Shown: positions 24,255 to 38,965 of the stretch, in pieces
How the letters are laid out: each line of letters starts with the position of its first letter
Position numbering within the stretch: the first letter of the stretch is position 1
Source: Octopus vulgaris
Taxonomy: Eukaryota
Length of the DNA: 64,000 nt
Direction of reading: 5' to 3'
Assembly (NCBI GenBank): GCA_951406725.2
Contig: OX597823.1
Span: 94,488,001 to 94,552,000 of the forward strand
The notes under the pieces: model-generated
What the model was told of the DNA's origin: nothing
What the model saw: only the letters and a program-made list of their open reading frames with translations
Database searches by the model: none
Program-made: the position numbers and the translations under genes

Positions 24255-25749
24255 TAATTATATGAGTGTGTCTGTTATTTTTACAGTTTCTTTGAAGTTT
24301 TGACTCTGTCGCCATCAGCAAAAGTTCGAAGTTACTATTAATCTTTTCTTTCTAGAAATATAAGGAATAAATAATCCTACAGAGAAATACAAAGTGATTC
24401 TTCAATTTAATTTTGGAATTTGATTATATGTATTAGAAACATTTTATAAGTATATATGTAAACAAACACACACACATACATGCATACTGGCATACACATA
24501 TATGCATATACACACACACATACACACATATACAAATAGAGGAGAGGTAAGAACTAAAAAAAACAAATACATACTTGCAGGCTCACATACATATACACAT
24601 ACACTCACATACAATGACATACACACACACACATACTTTTACATAGAAATAATGTCACATACATTCACACAGACACACAAACACACACACACACATAAAT
24701 ATGTATACCTGCACTCAGACATTCATACATACATAGACATACATACACACACACATACATACGTACATATATACATAAATACATCATATATATATATATA
24801 TACTCTCAAACACACATACACTCACATACAAAGAGATACACATGTACACACACAAAATAAACATTAATTAAAGTATAAACACGCCAGGCAAAGAATAACA
24901 TCCTTTCACGCATAATTTCACACATCCACAAACACACACACGCAAACACACACACACACACATATTCTTATATTCTTATTTATTCACAAGCAACAACAAC
25001 ACTACACCACCACCACCAATACCAGCAACATCATCATCACTACCATCACTACCGCCTCCATCACTAAAACTACCGCCAACACCATCACAATTACAATCAC
25101 CACCACCACCGCCTCCACCGCCAATTAATTGTGTGTGTATATTTGTGTGTCTGTGTTTGTCCCCCCGCCCCATCCCACCCAACATCACTTGACAACCGAT
25201 GCTGGTGTGTTTACGTCCCCGTAACTTAGCGGTTCGGTAAAAGAGACCGATATAATAAGTACTAGGCTTCCAAAGAATAAGTCCTGGGGGTTGAGTTGCT
25301 CGATTAAAAAGGCGGTGCTCCAGCATGGCCACAGTCAAATGACTGAAACCAGTAAAAGAGTAAAAAAGAGTAAATGGCAGTACCACCACCGCTAGTGGTA
25401 TGATGGTATGTGTGGTGGTAAATGTTATTGTTGTAGTGTAGTACTTAGTAAAGGCGGTGTCGGGTGGAGGAGGAGCGAGAGAGAGGGTGAACGGCATCAC
25501 CACCACCAGTGCAAATAAGAACAACACTATCCTACCATTGCCATCGCTCCCGCCACCCTTACAGATTTGTTATCAGCACCTTTACCGCCGCCACCACCAC
25601 CGCTTCTATCTCTGCCGTCGCCACCGCCACCTCTCTGTTAACCAGGTTTTCCTCCCCCACTGAGATCAAAAGTTTACAGTCAACAGCAGCCACAGACTAC
25701 GAACTGCATCGCCGCCGCTGCCACCTCATGTGTTTGTTTGCTGTGATGC

Positions 25750-26185
25750 AAGAAAAGAATAGGAATAGAGGGGGGGAGAAGGAGGAGAATGAAGAGAGGG
25801 AGAGGGTGAAGAGGGGGGGAGAGAGAGATCGAAAGTGAGAGGGAAGAGGATAAAAAGAGAGAGGGGAAAATAATGAGAGAAAGAGAGGAAGATGAAGAGG
25901 GAGAAGAAAGAGAAAGAAAGAGTGAGAGAGGAGAATAAAGAGAGAAAGAGGGTGAAGAGATAGGAGAGAGACAGTGAGAGTGAGAGGGAAGAGAATAAAA
26001 GAGAGGAGAGAGAGAGTAAGAGGGTGAGAGAGAGGAGAATAGAGAGATGGAAGAATAGAGAAAGAGAGAGAAAGATAGAGAGAGTAAGAAAAAGTAGAGA
26101 AGAGAGTGCAAAGAGATAGGGAAAAGAAAGAGAGTAAAGCAAAACGAGACAGAGAGAGAGAGAGAAAGAGAGAGAGAAGTGAAGA
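25750..26185. repeat. GA-rich polypurine low-complexity tract
   Basis: Direct inspection. Confidence 0.9.
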
Positions 26186-27331
26186 GATGAAGTGGTCGAC
26201 ATGCCATTATCTCCATCATGGATTCTCCATCACATAAAATGTTGCATTTGATAATCGCTTCGTTTACCTGATGAAAGGGGGAAATATACAAAGAAAAAAA
26301 GAAACTGCAACTCTTTCACATATTTATTTATTTGTTTATTTATTGTTTTGTTTGTATATTCTTTGTAAAAGTGGGGGGTGGGGTGAGACACGTTGGCCTC
26401 CATTTTCTTGTGTGCCAAAATCTTTCTGCTGGAATTTCATAGAAACTGCAGGAGTGGATGTGTGGGTAAAGAAGTTGGTTTCCTAACCACATGGTTCCAG
26501 GTTCGGTCCCACTGCATGGCACCTTGGGCGAGAGTCTTCTACTACAGCCTCACGCCATCCAAAGCCTTGTGAGTGGATTTGGCAGACGGAAACTGAAAGA
26601 AGCCTCTCCTCTGTATGTGTGTGTGTGTGAGTGATTGAGTGTGTGTGTGAGTGAGTGTGTTTGTGTGTGAGTATGTTTGTGTGTTGTGTTTGTGTGCGTG
26701 TGTATGTGTGAGAGTGTGTGTGTGTGTGTGTGTGTGTGTGATTGTGTGTGTGTGTGAGTGATTGAGTGTGTGTGTGTGTGAGTGAGTGTGTGGGTGAATG
26801 TGTGTGTGTATGCATGAGAGTGTGTGTGTGTGTTTGTGTGTGATTGTGTGTTTGTGTGTGATTGTGTGTTTGTGTGAGTGTGTGTGTGTTTGTGTGAGTG
26901 TGTGTGTCAGTGAATGTGTTTGAGTGTGTGTGTGTGTATGTGTGAGAGAGTGTGTGTGATTGTGTGTGTGTGCGTGTGTGTGTGCGTGTGTGTGTTTGTG
27001 TGAGTGTGTGTGTGTGTCTTTGTGTCCCTGTGCCTGCCTTTGTCCCCCACCATTGCTTGACAACTGGTGCTAGTATGTCAGCATTCCTTTAACTTAGCAG
27101 TGCAGCAAAGGAGACTGATAGAATAAGTACCAACCTTAAAAAATAATAAGTCCTGGGGTTGATTCTTTGAACTAGAACTCTTCAAGGTGATGCCCCAGCA
27201 TGGTCGCAGTCTAACGACTGAAACCAGTAAGAGTAGAGACAATTATTTATTCATTGAATTCAACTTCCATCAAGGAAGGATAGGAAAACATTAGATTTAT
27301 AAGCCCTAAAATTCACTCCATAATCACCCAC

Positions 27332-27610
27332 GGGTATATGGCATAGTGGTTAAGAGCACGGGCAGTGACCTGAATGATGATGATGGTGGTGGTGGTGGTG
27401 GTGATGATGATGATGGTGATGGTGATGATGATGAACAGCAATAAATACCTTAGGAATGAGAACCCAAGTTCAAAATTTCTCCAAGACACCTGATGAAGGC
27501 TGGAGGGTTTATCAGTTGAAACGTTGTGTAAACAACAAACAAGATGAGGACAAATATGCGTCAAATGTAAATAATGTAAATAATTCCTCATCTCTTGAAT
27601 ATAGAACTGT
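27332..27610 (+). mobile_element. Short element with tRNA-like A box head, microsatellite linker and minimal hammerhead (HH4, 27486-27529)
   Basis: TGGCATAGTGGTTAAGAGCACGGGC at 27339; ACAC CTGATGA A GGCTGG-AGGGTTTA-TCAGTT GAAA CGTT GTGT. Confidence 0.6.
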
Positions 27611-28036
27611 ATCCATCAAGATGTATTTCGAATTTCAATTGATATTTTTCACATTTTCATTTTAAATCCAGTGGCACTCGGTCTCTGAATGCCTCTCATC
27701 ATGACCAAAACAGCTTCTAAACAATTTTTTGAGCATAAAACATCTCAGGTGACAAAAGATGTCTCAAATAACAAACACACAAACTAGCAAACAACAGTTG
27801 TATCAGTAGAAGAACATCAGTCGATGTCTAGCTCTCCTTCAGTGACCATCCCAGCTCGAATTCACCATGGCTTCTTTTGAATTTCCTATGGCAAGAATAA
27901 TTTCAGTTTATGAACATTTTTGGATAACAAATGGCCTTCACGAATGAATTAAATTTGTAAAGCAAGGTTTGACTGCATGGTTTTGTTTTCACAGGGTAAC
28001 CAGCAACATCATACACCTCGCGACAGTGTCCTCCAT

Positions 28037-28167
28037 CAGGGCTCTGCAACCAGCATGCCGCGGCACACTAGTGTGCCACAAGAGGACGCTAGGTGTGTCA
28101 CAGTGGGCCACCGAATTTTGAAAAGAATATAAGTGTGCCACACGTGCAAAAAGATTGCGAAGCACTG
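28037..28167. mobile_element. hAT-type MITE
   Basis: Imperfect TIRs CAGGGCTCTGCAACC / GATTGCGAAGCACTG; internal palindrome GGCACACTAGTGTGCC; 8-bp TSD only 5/8 identical. Confidence 0.55.
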
Positions 28168-28404
28168 TTCTACGTCTCCATCGTAATTAGTGACTACTTT
28201 GATATGATTTTTATGGCTGGATAAAAGATATACGTATGTATATAGGCACAGGTGTGGCAGTGTGGTAAGAAACTTGCTTCCCAACCACATGGTTCAGAGT
28301 TCAGTCCCACTCTGTGGCACTTAGAGCAAGTGTTTTCTACTATATCCTCAGGCTGACCAAAGTCTTGTGAGTGGATTTGGTAGACAGAAACAGAAAGAAG
28401 CCTG

Positions 28405-28482
<78 letters not shown>

Positions 28483-28638
28483 ATGTATATATGTCTGTAT
28501 GTATTTATGTATATATATAGAGAGAGCTTTAAACCATCTTTTATATCATTAATACACTGATGTAATAACGGATTGTTTATAAAGCTTGAAACACGTGTAC
28601 CACGATATCCTTTGTGTTCTGTTTTTAATTTATATTTG

Positions 28639-28710
<72 letters not shown>

Positions 28711-29529
28711 ATGTATTTGTGTGCTTGTATATGTGCTTGTTCCCCCCACCATTGCTTGACAACCAATGAGGGTGTGTTTACATTCCCGTCCCTGTAACTT
28801 AGTGGTTCGACAAAAGAGACTGATAGAATAAGTACTAGGCTTACAAAGAATAAGTCCAGGGGTCGATTTCTTTGATTAAAAAGGCAGTGCTCCAGCATGG
28901 CCACAGTCAAAATGATTGAAACAAGTAAAAGAATAATAGAATATGTTTCATTCTACTTTCCTCGCACCCCCATACCTCATTGGACAACTCCACCCATTAT
29001 CCACCGCTCACTACATCCACCCCTCATCACTTGTTCTTCATTCATTGTATTCACCCCTCAAGGTGGCGAGCTGGTAGAATCGTTAGCATGCCAAGCGAAA
29101 TGCTTAGCAGTATTTCGTCTATCTTTATGTTCTGAGTTCAAATTCTGCCATGGTCGACTTTGCCATTCATCCTTTTGGGGTCAATAAATTAAGTACCAGT
29201 TGCAATCTGGGGTCGGTCTAATTGACTGGCTTCCTCCCCAAAAAAGTTTCGGGCCGTGGGCCTAGAGTAGAAAAGATTATATTCACCCCCCCCAGACCCA
29301 TTCCCCATCTCTCACTCCCCTATACACTCTTGCAGCCTCTACGCACCCATCCACCTACAGCTCTACTTGCACACCTCACCCTGACTAGTTTTACCTCTTA
29401 CCGATTTGATTTTCACTATACCCAACCTTTCTCCTAAAATGTAAACACACATGCACAAATAATTTTACATACCAGCACATCAATACTTATATATGAAAGT
29501 ATACACTACCATACCCATAAAAGTACAAG

Positions 29530-29579
<50 letters not shown>

Positions 29580-30179
29580 GTGTGTGTGAGTTTGGGTGCA
29601 TGTGTGTGTATTCATGCATGGGGATTTTGCACTCAACTGTATTTGTTTGTCGGACCTGAAATAACAAAGGGTTCCCAGTAGGACAAAAGCCATCAGTTTA
29701 TTAATACAACACATACATCACACTTAATAACCATAAGTAGATTCGTGATGAAATACGGCACAGACTATGGTTGGCAATGCATCAATTAGGCTTACATGCA
29801 ATCAGCTGTTGTATGGGTGCACTCACACACACAAGTATATATGTATGTGTGTGTGTGTGCACGTATGTATATATATATATATACTCTGAAGTATAGATGT
29901 GTGTGTGTCAAAGTGTTCGAGTGTAGATAAGATGTTATGAAAGGTAAAAGTCAGCTGCTTTGAAGAAGCTTTCATTTGACTGATATCAGAAAGGTAAATT
30001 ATTATAGTTAGATGTTATATAATTGCATTTTATGCGTTTTATCACATCTGCACACACACACACATATACATGTGTAGTCATTTGACTTGCTAGAAATAGC
30101 AACCAAATTTCCCTCAAATCACATCCCACTATCTTCAAAAAGGACTCATTGATGTTGTTTGGGGTTCTGAGAACACATT

Positions 30180-30500
30180 ACTGGTATCCAGTCAGTAATG
30201 ACAAGGGTTCCAGTTGGTCCGATCAATGGAACAGCTTGCTCGTGAAATTAACTTGCAAGTGGCTGAGTATTCCACAGACATGCATACACTCGAAACAGTT
30301 CTCGAGAAGATTCAGTGTGACACAGAATGTGACAAGGTTGACCCTTTTGTATTACAGGTACAACTTATTTTTGCCAGCTGAGTGGACTGGAGCAATGTGA
30401 AATAAAGTGTCTTGCTCAAGGACACACCACACCACTAGGAATCAAGCACATACAATGGGGAACCAAATCCACAGACCACTTAACCATGCACCTTCACTCT
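30180..30500 (-). mobile_element. tRNA SINE family E; copies 58402-58708 (+) and partial 1655-1760
   Basis: TGTGTCCTTGAGCAAGACACT...TTGCTCCAGTC.ACTCAGCTGGCAAAA; the + copy has B box GGTTCAATTCC. Confidence 0.7.
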
Positions 30501-31477
30501 GTGCACATAGAAAACAGATGGGGTAGTCATGGCTAGAATGCCTTTGATCACAGATCTGCTCAGTCAGGGATAATCTGTGGTCACAACAAATGCTTCTAGG
30601 CTTTTCCTTAATAATGATTCAGGAGGATTTAGAAAAATTATCTATAACCAAGGGCCCAAGCCCAGAAGATGCTGAGTAATTTAAGGGGTCAATGACACTG
30701 ACCCCACTACTTGATTAATTCTTTACCACTCTCGGAGTGGTTGGCGTTAGGAAGGGCATCCAGCTGTAGAAACTCTGCCAGATCAAGATTGAAGCCTGGT
30801 GCAGCCATCTGGTTCGCCAGCCCTCAGTCATTCGTCCAACCCATGCCAGCATGGAAAGCGGACGTTAAACAATGATGATGATGATGATATGGACCCCAAA
30901 GTGACAAAATGTAAAGTCAGCTTCAGTGGGGCTTGAACTCAGAACATAAAGGAGACAAGATTAATTTCTCTGAACCATTTGGTTTGATGCTCTACCAATT
31001 CTGCTGCACTTTAGATTTTTTTTTTTTAAATAACAGAAAAACAAAAGAAAGCAGAATTTAGTTTTGCTTCTGTTGTTTTTTTTGTCTTTGTTGATTATTT
31101 ACTTTTTTGCGCTAAATTCCAGAAAACGAACACATTGCAAGTGAGAGGTGCAGGGTAAGGATAGAGCAAGCTATGGAGTGTAAACGCACCGGGTTGTATT
31201 ATTTGGAGCCTTTTCAACGTTTATACATACATATTTGTGTGTGTGTGTGTGTGTGGGTGTGGGTGTGTGGGTGTGTGTATACACACATATATATATATAT
31301 ATATACATGTATAAAAATTAGTGTACATTTAAACATAAAGAGGTGAGCCTTAACAGGTTGCCCAACATACTAGAAAGAACAGTCAAAAAGTCCAAACTAC
31401 AGTTAAGAGCAATTTTGAAGGGAATGAAAAATAAAAACATTAACCATGTTTTACAGCCAGACCTCAGGTTTCACAAT

Positions 31478-31508
<31 letters not shown>

Positions 31509-31719
31509 TATATAATACATATATAATATAAATGTGTGTGTATGTATGTATATATATATGTGTGTGTGTGTGCACATGTGCGTGAGAATGTGTATATATG
31601 TAAATGTGTGTGTGTGTATATATATATATATTGTCTGTAAAAAAGCATAAATCTGAAAGAAAAAATACACTGTAAGATGTCGAGCATGATCGTCTGTATG
31701 CTTCTTCTTCCTATTTTTA

Positions 31720-31773
<54 letters not shown>

Positions 31774-31796
31774 GTATGTATATATATATACATATG

Positions 31797-31850
<54 letters not shown>

Positions 31851-31855
31851 CATAC

Positions 31856-31897
<42 letters not shown>

Positions 31898-31918
31898 GTA
31901 TGTATATATATACATATG

Positions 31919-31965
<47 letters not shown>

Positions 31966-32265
31966 ATATATATATATTTTGTTGATCCAGATCTTTCTTA
32001 TATATATATATGTATGTATGTATGTATATATATTATTGTGTCTGAGGGAGTTATTCTCTTTTAGTGCCTTATTAATTTAACACACTCACTGGTTTGATTT
32101 CCACTCATTTGCTTATTTATTTATGTTTACTTAGTGGAAATCAGACTGGTGAGAGTGTTAACTTAGTAAGGCACCAAAAGAGAGTGACTCTCCGCAGACA
32201 CAACAGAATATGCTTCTACACACAAATTCACAAAAATAATCTTGCAAACCAAATACAAAAATGAA

Positions 32266-32312
<47 letters not shown>

Positions 32313-32313
<1 letters not shown>

Positions 32314-32830
32314 TAGCTGGTGTACCCAGTAATTCCCAAGGGTAAAGATGTTCTTATTACTGTGATATAAGAAAGTAATTTCATTTTAACTGCCACAAAA
32401 TGTGTATTTTCTTTCACAAAAAAGTACAAAAAAGTGTCAGCTGGAGGAGGGAGAGATTGTTGGAGGTTGGTGAGAGAGTTTTTCGGAGGTTGGCAAGAAA
32501 GATTGTTGGAGGTTGGCAAGAAAGATTGTCGGAGGTTGGTGAGAGAGGTTTTCAGAGGTTGGCGAGAGGCAAAGACATTATTCTGCTTAGTGAAGGCATC
32601 TGGGAAATGTATAACTGCTGTCATTCACAGAAAAACTATAGTGCAGTTGAAGTGTTAAGTGAAATTTGGCAATCGAGGATCAAATCCATGCTATGCCTGC
32701 ATGAAGCCACTACAAATATGTTGAGGAATAAAAAATTCATCTACTGTCATGGAAAAATGTAACTGTAAAAATGCAGAATTATCGGAGTAATGGGCATTCA
32801 AAAAAGTATGTATGTATATAAATGTATGAA
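32313..32830 (-). mobile_element. Probable decayed Helitron with an internal ~20-bp GGAGGTTGG minisatellite
   Basis: (TA)n-ACTAG end with an adjacent weak hairpin, as at 853; tandem ggaggttggYRagaRagRttKt units at 32443-32570. Confidence 0.45.
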
Positions 32831-33634
32831 TGAAGTCTTTAATGTTTAAGATTCAAATCAAGGAAGTGCAATAATAATGTTTAGCAATTCAAAACTGAGT
32901 AGTGAAATGCAGAATTAGATCTGCATTTCACAACTGGCTCCTGTACTGGTGGCACGTAAAAAGTACCCACTACACTCTCCAAGTGGTTGGTGTTAGGAAG
33001 GGCATCCTGCTGTAGAAACTGCCAGATCAGATCGGAGCCTGGTGCAGCCAACTAGCTTGCCAGTCCTCAATCAAACCGTCCAACCCATGCCAGCATGGAG
33101 ACAGATGTTAAATGATGATCATGATGAGGATGATGATGATGATGATATATGTATATATATATATATTTACACACACACATATATATGTACATATATGTGT
33201 GTGTAATAAATGTATGTATGTATGTATGTATGTGTGTGTATATATACATATATAAATATATATATACATATTCTTCTTCTTATGCTAAAACTTGAAAATC
33301 GCCATTACCATTACGATTCTGCAATTTAAACTCCCAATTCAACTTACTTTCTTCTTCAACTCCCGGTCGATGCCCGCAGCAAGTTCTTAAAAATTTATCT
33401 TACTATTTTTATTCGTTGTTACTACGTTTATTCATACATTGATAACTTGATTCGTCTTACCCATCGAAAATTTACGAAAATTTAACCTTTTAGGCTACTT
33501 TCAAGCCTTCGCCATAACTTGATTTATCTTTCCTATCTCTCTCTCTACAAAATTTAACCTTAGGCTACCTCAAGCTGTAATCCCATCTTTTCCCTTCTTT
33601 CTGCCATTGGCGGTGCGCCCGCCCCCCCACCCCC

Positions 33635-33810
33635 ACCACCAATACCGATGAACACTGTTCTCACCCCCACCACCAATACCGGTGAACACTGTTCTCACCG
33701 CCACCACCAATACCGGTGAACACTGTTCTCACCCCCACCACCAATTCCAGTATACCCTGTTCTCACCATCTACACCGGATACGCCCTACTCATCTACACC
33801 GGGTACGCCC
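33635..33810. repeat. 34-bp (x3-4) and 24-bp (x2) tandem repeats in a CpG-retaining unknown element (33270-34045)
   Basis: accaccaataccggtgaacactgttctcaccccc repeated; catctacaccggRtacgccctact repeated. Confidence 0.8.
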
Positions 33811-34266
33811 TACTCCCTCCTCCTCCCCCCATTACCCCTTCTCCTCATATGCTTTCACTGTGAAAAGACAAGCTGCTAGCACCATAGCTCATCAACTGCC
33901 CACCGATCTTACGCTTCCTCCAGACACTGCCTCAATCCGCCCCTTTTAGTACCCTCCCGCCTCGTAATATCCTACGTTTTTATTTCTTAGGAACCTACAC
34001 CAACCCTTCCTGCCATCGTTCCTCCTTACCCCAACCTTCCGACACGTTAAAATGCTCGAACTGATCGTGACGATGCCGGACCCTCCGGCCCCTGTGCAGG
34101 TGGCACGTAAAAAGCACCCAATCCACTCACGGAGTGGTTGGCGTTAGGAAGGGCATCCAGCCGTAGAAACTCTGCCAGATTCAGACTGGAGCCTGGAGCG
34201 GCCCCTGGCTTCCCAGACCCGGTCAAACCGTCCAACCCGTGCTAGCGCGGAAAGCGGACGTTAAAC

Positions 34267-34299
<33 letters not shown>

Positions 34300-34413
34300 A
34301 TATATATATACATACATATATATGTATAAATATACATGTGTGTGTGTAATAAATGCATGTATGTATGTGTATATATATATACATATATATATATATGTAT
34401 GTATGTATGTATG

Positions 34414-34450
<37 letters not shown>

Positions 34451-34757
34451 AGTGCTGGATTGATTGCATAACATATTTACATTGGCTCTGCTTGGAAATT
34501 CAACACGTCCCCCCCCCCCACCGTATCCCACGCAGTAGTTTATCCTATGGTGCCAATCCTGAAGACATTCCATCCACCACTGCCTTCCTCCTCACCTCTT
34601 CCAAATTTCAGCCAGGTGTACCTAAAAATCCATGTAGTTTTAGCTTACCCTCATAACTGATCTCATATGAATTCGGTTAATAAGCTTTAACGTGAGAGAC
34701 GCACAGACAATACAGAGACAGGATTTTGCCGTGCAAGTGTCTGTAAGCCTGTATATA

Positions 34758-34816
<59 letters not shown>

Positions 34817-35029
34817 ATGTGTGCATGTATGTGTGCATATATATATATATATACACACACACATACTCTCACAGACACACACACACCATATAATGCAAAC
34901 CCAACATGTATATAATTACATATTCATATACATACATACAGTCATACAAGCACACGTGCACATGCTCTAACACATTTGTACACAGAAACATACTTATATA
35001 CACATATGCACATATGTGTATAACTGTAT

Positions 35030-36025
35030 ATATCATCGTCATCCACATCGTATAATGTCCGTTTCCATGCTAGCATGGGTTGGATGGTTCGACTGGGATC
35101 TGGGAAGCCAGGAGGCTGCACCAGGCTCCAATCTGATCTGGCAGTGCTTCTACAGCTGGATGCCCTTCCTAACGCCAACTACTCTGTGAGTGTAGTGGGT
35201 GCTTTTTATGTACCACTGGCACAAGGGCCTGAGGAGGCTGGCAACAGTCATGATCAGTTGGTGCTTTTTACATGCCACTGGCATGGAAGCCAGTTAAGGC
35301 AGCGCTGGCATCGGCCACATTCGGATGGTGCTTTTTACGTGCCACTGGCACAGGTATCACAACTACAATTTCCATTTGATTTTCATTTTGATGTTGATGT
35401 ACTTGACTCAATAGGTCTCCTCATGCACAGCAGGTCACCCTACAATCCAAAGAACTTTTGAATGGGCTGGGGCTGGTTATGCAAAACTGGTGTAAGATAA
35501 AGCTGTGAACTCACTTTCTTTGCCAGGTCTTCGCAGTCACAGCATATCTCCAGAGGTCTCAGTCTTTTGTCATTGCCTCTGTGAGGCCCAACGTTCGAAG
35601 GTCATGCTTGACCACCTCATCTCATGTCTTCCTGGGTCTACCTCTACCCCAGATTCCTTCAACTGTTTGGGAGTGGCACTTCTTCACACATCTCTCCTCA
35701 TCCATCCGCAGTACATGACCACATCAGTGCAAACGTCTCTCTTGTATGCCACATCCGATGCTTCTTATGTCCAACATTTCTCTCAGGGCGCTTACACTCT
35801 GTCATGTGTGTACACTGACATTTCAAATCCAGCAGATCATGCTAGCTTCATTTCTTTCAAGCCTATGCATGTCCTCCACAGTCACGGCCCATGTTTCACT
35901 GCCGTGAAGTATAGCTGTTCGCGCATATGCATCGTACAGTCTATCTTTCACTCTGAGCGAGAAGCCCTTTGTCAGCAGTAGGGATAGAAGCTTTCTAAAC
36001 TTTGCCCAGGCTATTCTTATTCTAT
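35030..36025 (-). mobile_element. 5'-truncated RTE LINE: ORF2 C-terminus + 3'UTR + (GAT)n tail
   Basis: Minus translation RIRIAWAKFRKLL.LLLTKGFSLRVKDRLYDA...ILHGSETWAVT.EDMHRLERNEASM...GHVLRMDEE...GRGRPRKT...KHDLRTLGL, contiguous with the family C 3' end. Confidence 0.92.
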
Positions 36026-36304
36026 ATAACCACTCATCAGGTTTTAGACCTGATGAGTGATTATATTTTTAAATAGAATTAATTTTAGTTCAATTTAATT
36101 TTGAATTGAATTGATTTTATTATTATTATCGTTTTGAAAATATTGATATGAAGCGTGCATAGTCTTTTTACTACTATTTACTATTTATTGCACTTTATTG
36201 ATTTTTAAAATAAGTTTTTTTTATAGTATATGTTTTCTATATGATGTGAATAACATCTTTCTTTATGGAATTGTTTAGTAGGGGTTTTTCTCTAAATTAT
36301 ATAC

Positions 36305-36359
<55 letters not shown>

Positions 36360-36381
36360 CATACATATATATATATATATA

Positions 36382-36960
36382 TCAAAATAAGCAACAAGTA
36401 TATCCTTGAAAATTTTAGTTATGACTATGCTGCTGTAGATACAACATGTTCTTTGTCTGTCTATCTCCTTAACTTCTTGTAGATTTTAGATATACTCATA
36501 CTAATGTGTTCATCTGTTCTAATTTAATTAAATTCTATGCCTTTGTACAGCTGAAGTTCGCTCTACTTTTTTAATTGATGTAATGATTGTATTGTTCAAT
36601 TAAATGGAGTTGCATGAAACGATCGTACTGCATTAGCTCTGGATATCCTTGTTGCTTATTTTGATTTTAATATCACCTTACTTTGATATTGTATGGATAA
36701 TACCGTACTAAATTCTAGTGCCTCAATTTAAGTACCATATTCATCTGAATCTATATATATATATATATATTTATATACATATTCATATATATACATATGC
36801 ATTGTTCAATTAAATGGAGTTCCATGAAACGATCATACTGCATTACCTTTGGATATCCTTGTTGCTTATTTTGGCTTTAATCACCTTATTTTGAAAGTGT
36901 ATTGATAATACTGTACAAAATTCTGGTGCCTCAACTTAAGTACCATATTCATCTGAATAT
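36382..36960 (+). mobile_element. HH3 Penelope-like repeat cluster: short inverted piece, full copy with hammerhead (36546-36632), (TA)n, then a second partial tandem copy (36800-36960)
   Basis: Homology with 23846-24190; TACAG CTGAAGT TCGC...GCAT GAAA CGATCG TA CTGCA. Confidence 0.75.
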
Positions 36961-36969
36961 ATATATATA

Positions 36970-37059
<90 letters not shown>

Positions 37060-37412
37060 CACAGGAGTGGCTATGAGGTAAGTAGCTTGCTTACCAACCA
37101 CATGGTTCTGGGTTCAGTCCCACTGAGTGACACCTTGGGCATATGTCTTCTACTATAGCCTCAGGTCAACCAAAGCCTTGTGAGTGGATTTGGTAGATGG
37201 TAAACTGAATGAAGCCCATCGTATGATTGATTGCTAGCCACTAAACCTTTTTCTATTTTCTCTCTCTGCTTATTTCTATGTTCCTTTCTGTTGAAGAGCA
37301 TAGGCTCGAAACATAAAAGTCTTTCTCACTTCCCGAACATTAAACTAATACATCTGTTTGTTGTTTACACACCTGTCTTTGTCTTTTGTTTTGTTTTTTT
37401 GTAAATTCCAAC

Positions 37413-37445
<33 letters not shown>

Positions 37446-37670
37446 ATATATGTGTGTATATGTTTCTATATCTGTATTTGTCCCTGCCACCATCACTTGA
37501 CAAGCAATGTTGGTGTGTTTACATCCCTGTAATTTAGCGGTTCGGGAAAATAGACCGATAGAATAAGTACTAGGCTTACAAAGAATAAGTCGTCCTGGGA
37601 TTGATTTGCTCAACTAAAGGCGGTGCTCCAGCATGCCCACAAGTCAAATGACTGAAGGAAGTAAAAGAAT

Positions 37671-38084
<414 letters not shown>

Positions 38085-38553
38085 TTATATATGTATGTAT
38101 GTATATATGTATATGTGTGTATATATATATATCATCATCATCATCATGATATACATACATACACACATACACCTACATCTAGATGCAAGAACCAGACTGA
38201 CAGGCAAACAAGCAGACAGACAGTGGGGTAGAAATACAACAACAACAACAACAATAACAGCAAAGGTGATTGTGTTGCATAATCTTCCAGCTGCCATGTT
38301 GGCATTGTAGTTGAGACCTTTCTCAGTGTTGAACTCCAGATAATTCTAGAACAGAAGAAGAATGATTAATGGTGGCAGCTTTTTTGTTTTGTCTTTTGTT
38401 TTGTTTTGTTTTTTTTTGTTCAGCTTTGTTTGTTTGTTTGTTTGTTTGTTTGTTTTGTTGTCTGTTTTTGTATTTTTTGTTCTTGTTTGCGTTTTATTTT
38501 TACTTATTGTCTTCTTTCTTTGTACATGTGGGTTTGTCTTTATGAAGCTGACA

Positions 38554-38965
<412 letters not shown>

